Shown here piece by piece: positions 12,265 through 25,934 of a stretch of DNA of 64,000 bases. The translations under genes were made by a program, and so were the position numbers. The stretch spans positions 40,920,001 to 40,984,000 of the forward strand of contig OZ024742.1 of NCBI GenBank assembly GCA_964016885.1. Direction: 5' to 3'. Under the pieces are notes generated by a model, which worked only from the letters and a program-made list of their open reading frames with translations, was not told where the DNA came from and made no database searches. The first letter of the stretch is position 1; the number at the start of each line of letters is the position of its first letter. The DNA is from Eledone cirrhosa. Taxonomy: Eukaryota.

Positions 12265-15200
12265 ACTGTTGTTGTTGATGTTGTGGCTGTTATAGTTGCT
12301 GTTGTTGTTGCTACTGCTACTGGCATTGTTGTTGTTGTTGGTGGTGTTGGTAGTGATGGGGTGATGGTGTTGCTACTGCTACTGTTGTTGTTGGTGGTGG
12401 TGGTAGAGGTGGGGATGGGTTGTCGTTGTTGGTGGTGGTGGTGGTGGTGGTGGTGGTGGTGGTGGTGGTGCTACTGCTACTGTTGTTGTTGGTGGTGGTG
12501 GTAGAGGTGGGAATGGGGTGTCGTTGTTGTTGGTGGTGGTGGTGGTGGTGTTGCTACTGCTACTGTTGTTGTTGGTGGTGGTGGTAGAGGTGGGGATGGA
12601 GTGTCGTTGTTGTTGTTGGTGGTGGTGGTGGTGGTGGTGGTGATGTTGTTGTTATAGTTGTTGTTGTTGCTACCGCTCCTGGTATTGTTGTTTTGTTGTT
12701 GTTGGTGGTGGTGGCGGTTGTGGTAGTGGTTGTGGTTGTGGTGGTGGTAGTAGTGGTGCGGGGGGGGTTATAGTTGCTGTTGTTGCTGCTGCTGCTTCTA
12801 CTACTGGTATTGTTGTTGGTGGTCGAGGTGGGGGTGGGGTGTTGTTGGTAGTGGTGGTGGTTGTGGTAATAGTAGAGGTAGTAATAGTGGTGGTGGTGAT
12901 GCTACTATTGTTGGTGTTGTTGCTGCTGTCTTTGATGGTGGTGTTGCTGGTGATGGTGGTGTTGCTGGTGATGGTGGTGTTGCTGTTGTTGGTGGTGTTG
13001 CTGGTGTTGGTGGTGTTGGTGGTGTTGGTGGTGTTGGTGGTGTTGGTGGTGTTGCTGGTGGTGTTGCTGGTGATGGTGGTGTTGCTGGTGTTGGTGGTGT
13101 TGGTGGTGTTGGTGGTGTTGCTGGTGGTGTTGCTGGTGATGGTGGTGTTGCTGGTGATGGTGGTGTTGGCGGTGTTGGTGATGTTGGTGGTGTTGGTGGT
13201 GATGGTGGTGTTGCTGGTGTTGGTGGTGTTGGTGTTGGTGGTGGTGTTGCTGGTGTTGCTGGTGATGGTGGTGTTGCTGTTGTTGGTGGTGTTGGTGGTG
13301 TTGCTGGTGTTGGTGGTGTTGGTGGTGATGGTGGTGTTGCTGGTGATGGTGGTGTTGGTGGTGTTGCTGGTGATGGTGGTGTTGCTGGTGTTGGTGGTGT
13401 TGGCGGTGTTGGTGATGTTGGTGGTGTTGGTGGTGATGGTGGTGTTGCTGGTGTTGGTGGTGTTGGTGTTGGTGGTGGTGTTGCTGGTGTTGCTGTTGTT
13501 GGTGGTGTTGCTGGTGATGGTGGTGTTGCTGGTGTTGGTGGTGTTGGTGGTGTTGGTGGTGTTGGTGGTGTTGCTGTTGTTGGTGGTGTTGCTGGTGTTG
13601 CTGGTGTTGGTGGTGTTGGTGGTGATGGTGGTGTTGCTGTTGTTGGTGGTGTTGGTGTTGGTGGTGGTGTTGCTGGTGTTGCTGGTGATGGTGGTGTTGC
13701 TGTTGTTGGTGGTGTTGGTGGTGTTGCTGGTGTTGGTGGTGTTGGTGGTGATGGTGGTGTTGCTGGTGATGGTGGTGTTGCTGGTGTTGGTGGTGTTGCT
13801 GGTGTTGGTGGTGTTGGCGGTGTTGGTGATGTTGGTGGTGTTGGTGGTGATGGTGGTGTTGGTGGTGTTGGTGGTGTTGCTGGTGATGGTGGTGATGCTG
13901 GTGTTGGTGGTGTTGGCGGTGTTGGTGATGTTGGTGGTGTTGGTGGTGATGGTGGTGTTGGTGGTGTTGGTGGTGTTGGTGGTGATGGTGGTGTTGCTGT
14001 TGTTGGTGGTGTTGCTGGTGTTGGTGGTGTTGCTGGTGTTGGTGGTGTTGCTGGTGATGGTGGTGTTGCTGGTGATGGTGGTGATGCTGGTGTTGGTGGT
14101 GTTGGCGGTGTTGGTGATGTTGGTGGTGTTGGTGGTGATGGTGGTGTTGGTGGTGTTGGTGGTGTTGGTGGTGTTGGTGGTGTTGCTGGTGATGGTGGTG
14201 TTGCTGGTGATGGTGGTGATGCTGGTGTTGGTGGTGTTGGCGGTGTTGGTGATGTTGGTGGTGTTGGTGGTGATGGTGGTGTTGGTGGTGTTGGTGGTGT
14301 TGGTGGTGATGGTGGTGTTGCTGTTGTTGGTGGTGTTGCTGGTGTTGGTGGTGTTGCTGGTGTTGGTGGTGTTGCTGGTGATGGTGGTGTTGCTGGTGAT
14401 GGTGGTGATGCTGGTGTTGGTGGTGTTGGCGGTGTTGGTGATGTTGGTGGTGTTGGTGGTGATGGTGGTGTTGGTGGTGTTGGTGGTGTTGGTGGTGTTG
14501 GTGGTGTTGCTGGTGTTGGTGGTGTTGCTGGTGATGGTGGTGTTGCTGGTGATGGTGGTGTTGCTGGTGATGGTGGTGATGCTGGTGTTGGTGGTGTTGG
14601 CGGTGTTGGTGATGTTGGTGGTGTTGGTGGTGATGGTGGTGTTGGTGGTGTTGGTGGTGTTGGTGGTGTTGGTGGTGTTGGTGGTGTTGGTGGTGTTGCT
14701 GGTGATGGTGGTGTTGGTGGTATTGGTGGTGTTGGTGGTGTTGGTGGTGTTGCTGGTGTTGGTGGTGTTGCTGGTGATGGTGGTGTTGCTGGTGTTGGTG
14801 GTGATGGTGGTGTTGGTGGTGATGGTGGTGTTGCTGGTGTTGGTGGTGTTGCTGGTGATGGTGGTGTTGCTGGTGATGGTGGTGTTGCTGGTGATGGTGG
14901 TGTTGCTGGTGATGGTGGTGTTGCTGGTGATGGTGGTGTTGCTGGTGATGGTGGTGTTGCTGGTGATGGTGGTGATGGTGGTGTTGGTGGTGTTGCTGGT
15001 GTTGGTGGTGTTGCTGTTGTTGGTGGTGTTGCTGGTGTTGGTGGTGTTGGTGGTGTTGGTGGTGTTGCTGGCGATGGTGGTGTTGTTGTTGGTGGTGGTG
15101 TTGCTGGTGTTGCTGTTGTTGGTGGTGTTGCTGGTGTTGGTGGTGTTGCTGGTGTTGGTGGTGTTGGTGGTGATGGTGGTGTTGCTGGTGATGGTGGTGT

Positions 15201-18200
15201 TGCTGGTGTTGGTGGTGTTGGTGGTGTTGGTGGTGTTGCTGGTGATGGTGGTGTTGGTGGTGTTGGTGGTGTTGGTGGTGTTGGTGGTGTTGCTGGTGAT
15301 GGTGGTGTTGGTGGTGTTGGTGGTGTTGCTGGTGATGGTGGTGTTGCTGGTGTTGGTGGTGTTGGTGGTGTTGCTGGTGTTGGTGGTGTTGGTGGTGTTG
15401 GTGGTGTTGGTGGTGTTGGCGGTGTTGGTGGTGTTGCTGGTGTTGCTGGTGATGGTGGTATTGGTGGTGTTGGTGGTGATGGTGGTGTTGCTGGTGATGG
15501 TAGTGTTGGTGGTGTTGGTGGTGTTGCTGGTGTTGGTGGTGTTGGTGGTGATGGTGGTGTTGCTGGTGATGGTGGTGTTGCTGGTTATGGTGGTGTTGCT
15601 GGTGATGGTGGTGTTGGTGGTGTTGGTGGTGTTGGTGGTGTTGCTGGTGTTGGTGGTGTTGGTGGTGTTGGTGGTGTTGGCGGTGTTGGTGGTGTTGCTG
15701 GTGTTGCTGGTGATGGTGGTGTTGGTGGTGTTGGTGGTGTTGCTGGTGTTGGTGGTGTTGGTGGTGTTGGTGGTGTTGCTGGTGTTGCTGGTGTTGGTGG
15801 TGTTGGTGGTGTTGGTGGTGTTGCTGGTGTTGGTGGTGTTGGTGGTGTTGGTGGTGTTGATGGTGTTGGTGGTGTTGGTTGTGTTGGTGGTGTTGGTGGT
15901 GTTGCTGGTGTTGGTGGTGTTGGTGGTGTTGGTGGTGTTGGTGGTGTTGTTGGTGTTGCTGGTGATGGTGGTGTTGGTGGTGTTGGTGGTGTTGCTGGTG
16001 TTGGTGGTGTTGGTGGTGTTGCTGGTGTTGGTGGTGTTGGTGGTGTTGCTGGTGATGGTGGTGTTGGTGGTGTTGCTGGTGTTGGTGGTGTTGGTGGTGT
16101 TGCTGGTGTTGGTGGTGTTGGTGGTGTTGCTGGTGTTGGTGGTGTTGGTGGTGTTGGTGGTGTTGGTGGTGTTGCTGGTGTTGGTGGTGTTGGTGGTGTT
16201 GCTGGTGTTGGTGGTGTTGGTGGTGTTGCTGGTGATGGTGGTGTTGCTGGTGTTGGTGGTGTTGCTGGTGTTGCTGGTGATGGTGGTGTTGGTGGTGTTG
16301 GTGGTGTTGCTGGTGTTGGTGGTGTTGGTGGTGTTGCTGGTGTTGCTGGTGTTGCTGGTGTTGGTGGTGTTGCTGGCGTTGGTGGTGTTGCTGCTGTTGG
16401 TGGTGTTGCTGGTGTTGGTGGTGTTGCTGGTGTTGCTGGTGTTGGTGGTGTTGGTGGTGTTGGTGGTGTTGGTGGTGTTGGTGGTGTTGGTGGTGTTGCT
16501 GGTGTTGGTGGTGTTGGTGGTGTTGGTGGTGTTGGTGGTGTTGGTGGTGTTGCTGGTGATGGTGGTGTTGCTGGTGTTGGTGGTGTTGCTGGCGTTGGTG
16601 GTGTTGCTGCTGTTGGTGGTGTTGCTGGTGATGGTGGTGTTGCTGGTGATGGTGGTGTTGCTGGTGTTAGTGGTGTTGCTGGTGATGGTGGTGTTGCTGG
16701 TGTTGGTGGTGTTGCTGGTGTTGGTGGTGTTGCTGTTGTTGGTGGTGTTGGTGGTGTTGGTGGTGTTGCTGGTGTTGGTGGTGTTGCTGGTGTTGGTGGT
16801 GTTGGTGGTGTTGCTGGTGTTGGTGGTGTTGCTGGTGTTGGTGGTGTTGCTGGTGTTGGTGGTGATGCTGGTGTTGCTGGTGATGGTGGTGTTGCTGGTG
16901 TTGGTGGTGTTGGTGGTGTTGGTGGTGTTGGTGGTGTTGCTGGTGTTGGTGGTGTTGCTGGTGTTGGTGGTGTTGCTGGTGTTGGTGGTGTTGGTGGTGT
17001 TGGTGGTGTTGCTGGTGTTGGTGGTGTTGCTGGTGTTGGTGGTGTTGGTGGTGTTGGTGGTGTTGCTGGTGTTGGTGGTGTTGCTGGTGATGGTGGTGTT
17101 GCTGGTGTTGGTGGTGTTGGTGGTGTTGCTGTTGTTGGTGGTGTTGGTGGTGTTGGTGGTGTTGCTGGTGTTGCTGGTGATGGTGGTGTTGGTGGTGTTG
17201 GTGGTGTTGCTGGTGATGGTGGTGTTGGTGGTGTTGGTGGTGTTGCTGGTGATGGTGGTGTTGGTGGTGTTGGTGGTGTTGCTGTTGTTGGTGGTGTTGG
17301 TGGTGTTGGTGGTGTTGGTGGTGTTGCTGTTGTTGGTGGTGTTGCTGGTGATGGTGGTGTTGGTGGTGTTGCTGGTGTTGCTGGTGATGGTGGTGTTGGT
17401 GGTGTTGGTGGTGTTGCTGTTGTTGGTGGTCTTGGTGGTGTTGGGGGTGTTGGTGGTGTTGCTGTTGTTGGTGGTGTTGCTGGTGATGGTGGTGTTGGTG
17501 GTGTTGCTGGTGTTGCTGGTGTTGGTGGTGTTGGTGGTGTTGCTGTTGTTGGTGGTGTTGCTGGTGATGGTGGTGTTGGTGGTGTTGGTGGTGTTGCTGG
17601 TGTTGGTGGTGTTGGTGGTGTTGGTGGTGTTGCTGTTGTTGGTGGTGTTGCTGTTGTTGGTGGTGTTGGTGGTGTTGCTGTTGTTGGTGGTGTTGGGGGT
17701 GTTGGGGGTGTTGGTGGTGTTGCTGTTGTTGGTTGTGTTGCTGGTGATGGTGGTGTTGGTGGTGTTGGTGGTGTTGCTGGTGTTGGTGGTGTTGGTGGTG
17801 TTGCTGTTGTTGGTGGTGTTGGTGGTGTTGGTGGTGTTGGTGGTGTTGCTGTTGTTGGTGGTGTTGCTGGTGATGGTGGTGTTGGTGGTGTTGCTGTTGT
17901 TGGTGGTGTTGGTGGTGTTGGTGGTGTTGGTGGTGTTGCTGTTGTTGGTGGTGTTGCTGGTGATGGTGGTGTTGGTGGTGTTGCTGGTGTTGGTGGTGTT
18001 GGTGGTGTTGCTGTTGTTGGTGGTGTTGGTGGTGTTGGTGGTGTTGGTGGTGATGGTGGTGTTGCTGTTGTTGGTGGTGTTGGTGGTGTTGGTGGTGTTG
18101 CTGGTGTTGGTGGTGTTGCTGGTGATGGTGGTGTTGGTGGTGTTGGTGGTGTTGCTGTTGTTGGTGGTGTTGGTGGTGTTGGTGGTGTTGGTGGTGTTGC

Positions 18201-21200
18201 TGTTGTTGGTGGTGTTGCTGGTGATGGTGGTGTTGGTGGTGTTGGAGGTGTTGCTGGTGATGGTGGTGTTGGTGGTGTTGGTGGTGTTGCTGTTGTTGGT
18301 GGTGTTGGTGGTGTTGGTGGTGTTGGTGGTGTTGCTGGTGATGGTGGTGTTGGGTGGTGTTGGTGGTGTTGCTGTTGTTGCTGGTGTTGCTGGTGTTGGT
18401 GGTGTTGGTGGTGTTGCTGGTGTTGCTGGTGTTGGTGGTGTTGCTGGTGTTGGTGGTGTTGCTGGTGTTGGTGGTGTTGGTGGTGTTGCTGGTGTTGCTG
18501 GTGTTGGTGGTGTTGCTGGTGATGGTGGTGTTGCTGGTGTTGGTGGTGTTGCTGTTGTTGGTAGTGTTGGTGGTGTTGGTGGTGTTGCTGGTGTTGGTGG
18601 TGTTGGTGGTGATGGTGGTGTGTTGGTGGTGTTGCTGGTGTTGGTGGTGTTGGTTGTGTTGCTGGTGATGGTGGTGTTGCTGGTGTTGGTGGTGTTGGTG
18701 GTGTTGCTGGTGATGGTGGTGTTGGTGGTGATGGTGGTGTTGGTGGTGTTGCTGGTGATGGTGGTGTTGGTGGTGTTGCTGGTGTTGGTGGTGTTGGTGG
18801 TGTTGCTGGTGATGGTGGTGTTGCTGGTGTTGGTGGTGTTGGTGGTGATGGTGGTGTTGCTGGTGTTGGTGGTGTTGGTGGTGTTGCTGGTGTTGGTGGT
18901 GTTGGTGGTGATGGTGGTGTTGGTGGTGTTGCTGGTGTTGGTGGTATTGGTGGTGATGGTGGTGTTGGTGGTGTTGCTGGTGATGGTGGTGTTGGTGGTG
19001 TTTGCTGGTGTTGGTGGTGTTGGTGGTGTTGCTGGTGATGGTGGTGTTGCTGGTGTTGGTGGTGTTGGAGGTGATGGTGGTGTTGGTGGTGTTGCTGGTG
19101 ATGGTGGTGTTGGTGGTGTTGCTGTTGTTGGTGGTGTTGGTGGTGTTGCTGGTGATGGTGGTGTTGCTGGTGTTGGTGGTGTTGGTGGTGTTGCTGGTGT
19201 TGGTGGTGTTGCTGGTGATGGTGGTGTTGCTGGTGTTGGTGGTGTTGGTGGTGTTGCTGGTGTTGGTGGTGTTGGTGGTGATGGTGGTGTTGGTGGTGTT
19301 GCTGGTGATGGTGGTGTTGGTGGTGTTGCTGGTGTTGGTGGTGTTGGTGGTGTTGCTGGTGATGGTGGTGTTGCTGGTGTTGGTGGTGTTGGTGGTGTTG
19401 CTGGTGATGGTGGTGTTGGTGGTGTTGCTGTTGTTGGTGGTGTTGGTGGTGTTGCTGGTGATGGTGGTGTTGCTGGTGTTGGTGGTGTTGGTGGTGATGG
19501 TGGTGTTGGTGGTGTTGCTGGTGATGGTGGTGTTGCTGGTGTTGGTGGTGTTGGTGGTGTTGGTGGTGTTGGTGGTGTTGGTGGTGTTGCTGGTGATGGT
19601 GGTGTTGCTGGTGTTGGTGGTGTTGCTGGTGTTGGTGGTGTTGGTGGTGATGGTGGTGTTGCTGGTGTTGGTGGTGTTGCTGGTGTTGGTGGTGTTGCTG
19701 GTGATGGTGGTGTTGCTGGTGTTGGTGGTGTTGGTGGTGATGGTGGTGTTGGTGGTGTTGCTGGTGATGGTGGTGTTGGTGGTGTTGCTGGTGTTGGTGG
19801 TGTTGGTGGTGTTGCTGGTGATGGTGGTGTTGCTGGTGTTGGTGGTGTTGGTGGTGATGGTGGTGTTGGTGGTGTTGCTGGTGATGGTGGTGTTGGTGGT
19901 GTTGCTGTTGTTGGTGGTGTTGGTGGTGTGTGCTGTGATGGTGGTGTTGCTGGTGTTGGTGGTGTTGCTGGTGTTGGTGGTGTTGCTGGTGATGGTGGTG
20001 TTGCTGGTGTTGGTGGTGTTGGTGGTGATGGTGGTGTTGGTGGTGTTGCTGGTGATGGTGGTGTTGGTGGTGGTGTTGCTGGTGTTGGTGGTGTTGGTGG
20101 TGTTGCTGGTGATGGTGGTGTTGCTGGTGTTGGTGGTGTTGGTGGTGATGGTGGTGTTGGTGGTGTTGCTGGTGATGGTGGTGTTGGTGGTGTTGCTGTT
20201 GTTGGTGGTGTTGGTGGTGTTGCTGGTGATGGTGGTGTTGCTGGTGTTGGTGGTGTTGGTGGTGATGGTGGTGTTGGTGGTGTTGCTGGTGATGGTGGTG
20301 TTGCTGGTGTTGGTGGTGTTGGTGGTGTTGCTGGTGATGGTGGTGTTGCTGGTGTTGGTGGTGTTGGTGGTGATGGTGGTGTTGGTGGTGTTGCTGGTGA
20401 TGGTGGTGTTGGTGGTGTTGCTGGTGTTGGTGGTGTTGGTGGTGTTGCTGGTGATGGTGGTGTTGCTGGTGTTGGTGGTGTTGGTGGTGATGGTGGTGTT
20501 GGTGGTGTTGCTGGTGATGGTGGTGTTGGTGGTGTTGCTGTTGTTGGTGGTGTTGGTGGTGTTGCTGGTGATGGTGGTGTTGCTGGTGTTGGTGGTGTTG
20601 GTGGTGATGGTGGTGTTGGTGGTGTTGCTGGTGATGGTGGTGTTGGTGGTGATGGTGGTGTTGCTGGTGTTGGTGGTGTTGCTGGTGTTGGTGGTGTTGG
20701 TGGTGTTGCTGGTGTTGCTGGTGTTGGTGGTGTTGCTGGTGATGGTGGTGTTGGTGGTGTTGGTGGTGTTGCTGGTGTTGGTGGTGTTGCTGGTGTTGGT
20801 GGAGTTGGTGGTGTTGCTGGTGTTGCTGGTGTTGGTGGTGTTGCTGGTGATGGTGGTGTTGGTGGTGTTGCTGGTGTTGGTGGTGTTGCTGGTGATGGTG
20901 GTGTTGGTGGTGGTGGTGGTGTTGCTGGTGTTGGTGGTGTTGCTGGTGATGGTGGTGTTGGTGGTGTTGGTGGTGTTGCTGGTGTTGGTGGTGTTGGTGG
21001 TGATGGTGGTGTTGCTGGTGTTGGTGGTGTTGCTGGTGTTGCTGGTGTTGGTGGTGTTGCTGGTGTTGCTGGTGTTGGTGGTGTTGCTGGTGATGGTGGT
21101 GTTGGTGGTGATGGTGGTGTTGGTGGTGTTGGTGGTGTTGGTGGTGTTGCTGGTGTTGGTGGTGTTGCTGGTGATGGTGGTGTTGGTGGTGTTGCTGGTG

Positions 21201-24200
21201 TTGGTGGTGTTGCTGGTGATGGTGGTGTTGGTGGTGTTGGTGGTGTTGGTGGTGTTGCTGGTGTTGGTGGTGTTGCTGTTGTTGGTGGTGTTGCTGGTGA
21301 TGGTGGTGTTGGTGGTGTTGGTGGTGTTGCTGGTGTTGGTGGTGTTGGTGGTGTTGCTGTTGTTGGTGGTGTTGCTGGTGATGGTGGTGTTGCTGGTGAT
21401 GGTGGTGTTGGTGGTGATGGTGGTGTTGCTGGTGTTGGTGGTGTTGCTGGTGTTGGTGGTGTTGGTGGTGTTGCTGGTGTTGGTGGTGTTGCTGGTGATG
21501 CTGGTGTTGGTGGTGTTGCTGGTGTTGGTGGTGTTGCTGGTGATGGTGGTGTTGGTGGTGTTGGTGGTGTTGGTGGTGTTGCTGGTGTTGGTGGTGTTGC
21601 TGGTGATGGTGGTGTTGGTGGTGTTGCTGGTGTTGGTGGTGTTGCTGGTGATGGTGGTGTTGGTGGTGTTGGTGGTGTTGGTGGTGTTGCTGGTGTTGGT
21701 GGTGTTGGTGGTGTTGCTGGTGTTGGTGGTGTTGGTGGTGATGGTGGTGTTGCTGGTGTTGGTGGTGTTGCTGGTGTTGGTGGTGTTGGTGGTGTTGCTG
21801 GTGTTGCTGGTGTTGGTGGTGTTGCTGTTGTTGGTGGTGTTGCTGGTGATGGTGGTGTTGGTGGTGTTGGTGGTGTTGCTGGTGTTGGTGGTGTTGGTGG
21901 TGTTGCTGTTGTTGGTGGTGTTGCTGGTGATGGTGGTGTTGCTGGTGATGGTGGTGTTGGTGGTGATGGTGGTGTTGCTGGTGATGGTGGTGTTGGTGGT
22001 GTTGGTGGTGTTTCTGGTGTTGGTGGTGTTGGTGGTGTTGGTGTTGTTGGTGGTGTTGCTGGTGTTGGTGGTGTTGCTGGTGTTGGTGGTGTTGCTGGTG
22101 TTGGTGGTGTTGGTGTTGTTGCTGTTGTTGGTGGTGTTGCTGGTGTTGCTGTTGTTGGTGGTTTTGCTGGTGTTGGTGGTGTTGGTGGTGTTGCTGGTGT
22201 TGGTGGTGTTGCTGGTGATGGTGGTGTTGGTGGTGTTGGTGGTGTTGGTGGTGTTGCTGGTGTTGGTGGTGTTGCTGGTGATGGTGGTGTTGCTGGTGTT
22301 GCTGGTGTTGGTGGTGTTGCTGGTGATGGTGGTGTTGGTGGTGTTGGTGGTGTTGGTGGTGTTGCTGGTGTTGGTGGTGTTGCTGGTGATGGTGGTGTTG
22401 GTGGTGTTGCTGGTGTTGGTGGTGTTGCTGGTGATGGTGGTGTTGGTGGTGTTGGTGGTGTTGGTGGTGTTGCTGGTGATGGTGGTGTTGGTGGTGTTGG
22501 TGGTGTTGGTGGTGTTGCTGGTGATGGTGGTGTTGGTGGTGTTGGTGGTGTTGCTGGTGATGGTGGTGTTGGTGGTGTTGGTGGTGTTGGTGGTGTTGCT
22601 GGTGTTGGTGGTGTTGGTGGTGTTGCTGGTGTTGGTGGTGTTGGTGGTGATGGTGGTGTTGGTGGTGATGGTGGTGTTGCTGGTGTTGGTGGTGTTGGTG
22701 GTGTTGCTGGTGATGGTGGTGTTGCTGGTGTTGGTGGTGATGGTGGTGTTGGTGGTGATGGTGGTGTTGCTGGTGATGGTGGTGTTGCTGGTGATGGCGG
22801 TGTTGCTGGTGTTGGTGGTGTTGGTGGTGTTGCTGTTGTTGCTGGTGTTGGTGGTGTTGGTGGTGTTGCTGTTGTTGGTGGTGTTGCTGGTGATGGTGGT
22901 GTTGCTGTTGTTGGTGGTGTTGCTGGTGATGGTGGTGTTGCTGGTGATGGTGGTGTTGGTGGTGTTGGTGGTGTTGCTGTTGTTGGTGGTGTTGGTGGTG
23001 TTGCTGTTGTTGGTGGTGTTGGTGGTGTTGCTGGTGATGGTGGTGTTGCTGGTGATGGCGGTGTTGCTGGTGTTGGTGGTGTTGGTGGTGTTGCTGTTGT
23101 TGGTGGTGTTGGTGGTGTTGGTGGTGTTGCTGTTGTTGGTGGTGTTGGTGGTGTTGGTGGTGTTGGTGGTGTTGGTGGTGTTGGTGGTGTTGGTGGTGTT
23201 GCTGTTGTTGCTGGTGTTGCTGGTGATGGTGGTGTTGCTGTTGTTGGTGGTGTTGCTGGTGTTGGTGGTGTTGCTGTTGTTGCTGGTGTTGGTGGTGTTG
23301 GTGGTGTTGCTGTTGTTGGTGGTGTTGGTGGTGTTGGTGGTGTTGGTGGTGTTGCTGTTGTTGCTGGTGTTGCTGGTGATGGTGGTGTTGCTGTTGTTGG
23401 TGGTGTTGCTGGTGTTGGTGGTGTTGCTGTTGTTGCTGGTGTTGGTGGTGTTGGTGGTGTTGCTGTTGTTGGTGGTGTTGGTGGTGTTGGTGGTGTTGGT
23501 GGTGTTGCTGTTGTTGCTGGTGTTGCTGGTGATGGTGGTGTTGCTGTTGTTGGTGGTGTTGCTGGTGTTGGTGGTGTTGCTGTTGTTGCTGGTGTTGGTG
23601 GTGTTGGTGGTGTTGCTGTTGTTGGTGGTGTTGGTGGTGTTGGTGGTGTTGGTGGTGTTGCTGTTGTTGGTGGTGTTGGTGGTGTTGGTGGTGTTGCTGG
23701 TGTTGGTGGTGTTGCTGTTGTTGCTGGTGTTGGTGGTGTTGGTGGTGTTGCTGTTGTTGGTTGTGTTGCTGGTGATGGTGGTGTTGCTGTTGTTGGTGGT
23801 GTTGCTGGTGATGGTGGTGTTGCTGGTGATGGTGGTGTTGCTGGTGATGGTGGTGTTGCTGGTGATGGCGGTGTTGCTGGTGTTGGTGGTGTTGGTGGTG
23901 TTGCTGTTGTTGCTGGTGTTGGTGGTGTTGCTGGTGTTGGTGGTGTTGCTGGTGATGGTGGTGTTGGTGGTGTTGGTGGTGTTGGTGGTGTTGCTGTTGT
24001 TGCTGGTGTTGGTGGTGTTGCTGGTGTTGGTGGTGTTGCTGGTGATGGTGGTGTTGCTGGTGATGGTGGTGTTGCTGGTGATGGCGGTGTTGCTGGTGTT
24101 GGTGGTGTTGGTGGTGTTGCTGTTGTTGCTGGTGTTGGTGGTGTTGCTGTTGTTGGTGGTGTTGCTGGTGATGGTGGTGTTGGTGGTGTTGGTGGTGTTG

Positions 24201-25365
24201 GTGGTGTTGCTGTTGTTGCTGGTGTTGGTGGTGTTGGTGGTGTTGCTGGTGTTGGTGGTGATGCTGGTGTTGCTGGTGATGGTGGTGTTGGTGGTGTTGC
24301 TGGTGTTTCTGGTGTTGGTGGTGTTGCTGGTGTTGGTGGTGTTGCTGTTGTTGGTGGTGTTGCTGGTGTTGCTGGTGATGGTGGTGTTGCTGGTGTTGGT
24401 GGTGTTGGTGTTGTTGGTGGTGTTGCTGGTGTTGGTGGTGTTGGTGGTGTTGCTGTTGTTGCTGGTGTTGGTGGTGTTGCTGGTGTTGGTGGTGTTGCTG
24501 GTGTTGGTGGTGTTGCTGTTGTTGCTGGTGTTGGTGGTGTTGCTGTTGTTGCTGGTGTTGGTGGTATTGGTGGTGTTGCTGTTGTTGGTGGTGTTGCTGG
24601 TGATGGTGGTGTTGCTGTTGTTGGTGGTGTTGCTGGTGATGGTGGTGTTGCTGGTGATGGTGGTGTTGCTGTTGTTGGTGGTGTTGCTGGTGATGGTGGT
24701 GTTGCTGGTGTTGGTGGTGTTGCTGTTGTTGGTGGTGTTGCTGGTGATGGTGGTGTTGCTGGTGTTGGTGGTGTTGCTGTTGTTGGTGGTGTTGGTGGTG
24801 TTGCTGTTGTTGCTGGTGTTGGTGGTGTTGCTGGTGTTGGTGGTGTTGTTGGTGGTGGTGGTGTTGCTGGTGTTGCTGTTGTTGGTGGTGTTGGTGGTGT
24901 TGCTGGTGATGGTGGTGTTGTTGTTGGTGGTGGTGTTGCTGGTGTTGGTGGTGTTGGTGGTGTTGGTGGTGTTGGTGGTGTTGCTGTTGTTGCTGGTGTT
25001 GGTGGTGTTGCTGGTGTTGCTGGTGTTGGTGGTGTTGCTGGTGATGGTGGTGTTGCTGGTGATGGTGGTGTTGCTGTTGTTGGTGGTGTTGCTGGTGATG
25101 GTGGTGTTGCTGGTGTTGGTGGTGTTGCTGTTGTTGGTGGTGTTGCTGGTGATGGTGGTGTTGCTGTTGTTGCTGGTGTTGGTGGTGTTGGTGGTGTTAC
25201 TGTTGTTGGTGGTGTTGCTGGTGATGGTGGTGTTGCTGGTGATGGTGGTGATGGTGGTGATGGTGGTGTTGCTGGTGATGGTGGTGTTGCTGGTGATGGT
25301 GGTGTTGCTGGTGATGGTGGTGTTGCTGGTGATGGTGGTTATGGTGGTGTTGCTGTTGTTGGTGC
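12265..25365. repeat. GT-rich satellite: degenerate (GGT/GTT)n leading into about 12.4 kb of 9-bp units (GGTGGTGTT, GCTGGTGTT, GCTGGTGAT, GCTGTTGTT, GGTGGTGAT)
   Basis: 9-nt periodicity is directly visible from about 12930, with rare register slips near 18351, 18620 and 19001. Confidence 0.97.
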
Positions 25366-25434
25366 CATTGTTGTTTTTGTTTTTATTGAAATACACAAAG
25401 TAAAACGTAAAATGAAGGAACGTTTTCGGATTAT

Positions 25435-25439
25435 TTCTC

Positions 25440-25510
<71 letters not shown>
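25435..25510. repeat. (TATC)n microsatellite, left boundary of the retrotransposon array
   Basis: Perfect CTAT/TATC run. Confidence 0.97.
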
Positions 25511-25512
<2 letters not shown>

Positions 25513-25883
25513 TTTTCAAATACCACTTTGGAAGAAGAATCAGGATGGAGAGAGAGGTGCTGTACCCCAGCAAGTTTTATGAAAGGTGGGTGAAAGTGGC
25601 GAGAATGGCCCGAGTGAATGGGCCTTCTCTCTATATCAGCCTGTAGGTTGAGGAAAAGGAGGAGGAGAGGAAAGGAGTACAAGCTCTTCGTACTCCTGGA
25701 GATGAGGGTTGCACATTTTTCTCGGGGGTCTGTGTTACCCATATAAACTGTCTCCCTCTATTGGGGAAAATCGACTAACTTTTAAATTCCATCTGTGATA
25801 ACATTTTACACGTTTTTATTGTATGTAAACTTCCCCCTTTGTATTTGTCCCCTTCTTTTGTGCCCCTGTGGCTAATAAAGAAA
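25508..25883 (+). mobile_element. Severely 5'-truncated Tx1-like copy (subfamily A): last about 45 ORF2 codons plus complete 3' UTR
   Basis: Near-identical to about 33889-34265. Ends AATAAAGAAA followed by (TATC)n. Confidence 0.95.
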
Positions 25884-25885
25884 TA

Positions 25886-25934
<49 letters not shown>

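Noticed and set aside
12839-25582. Huge Val/Leu, Gly/Val/Ala (silk/elastin-like) and minus-strand Thr/Asn/Ser (mucin-like, N-x-T rich) ORFs
   Set aside because: Stop-free by composition on both strands. Register slips switch the peptide type. No signal peptide, unique domain or codon variation.
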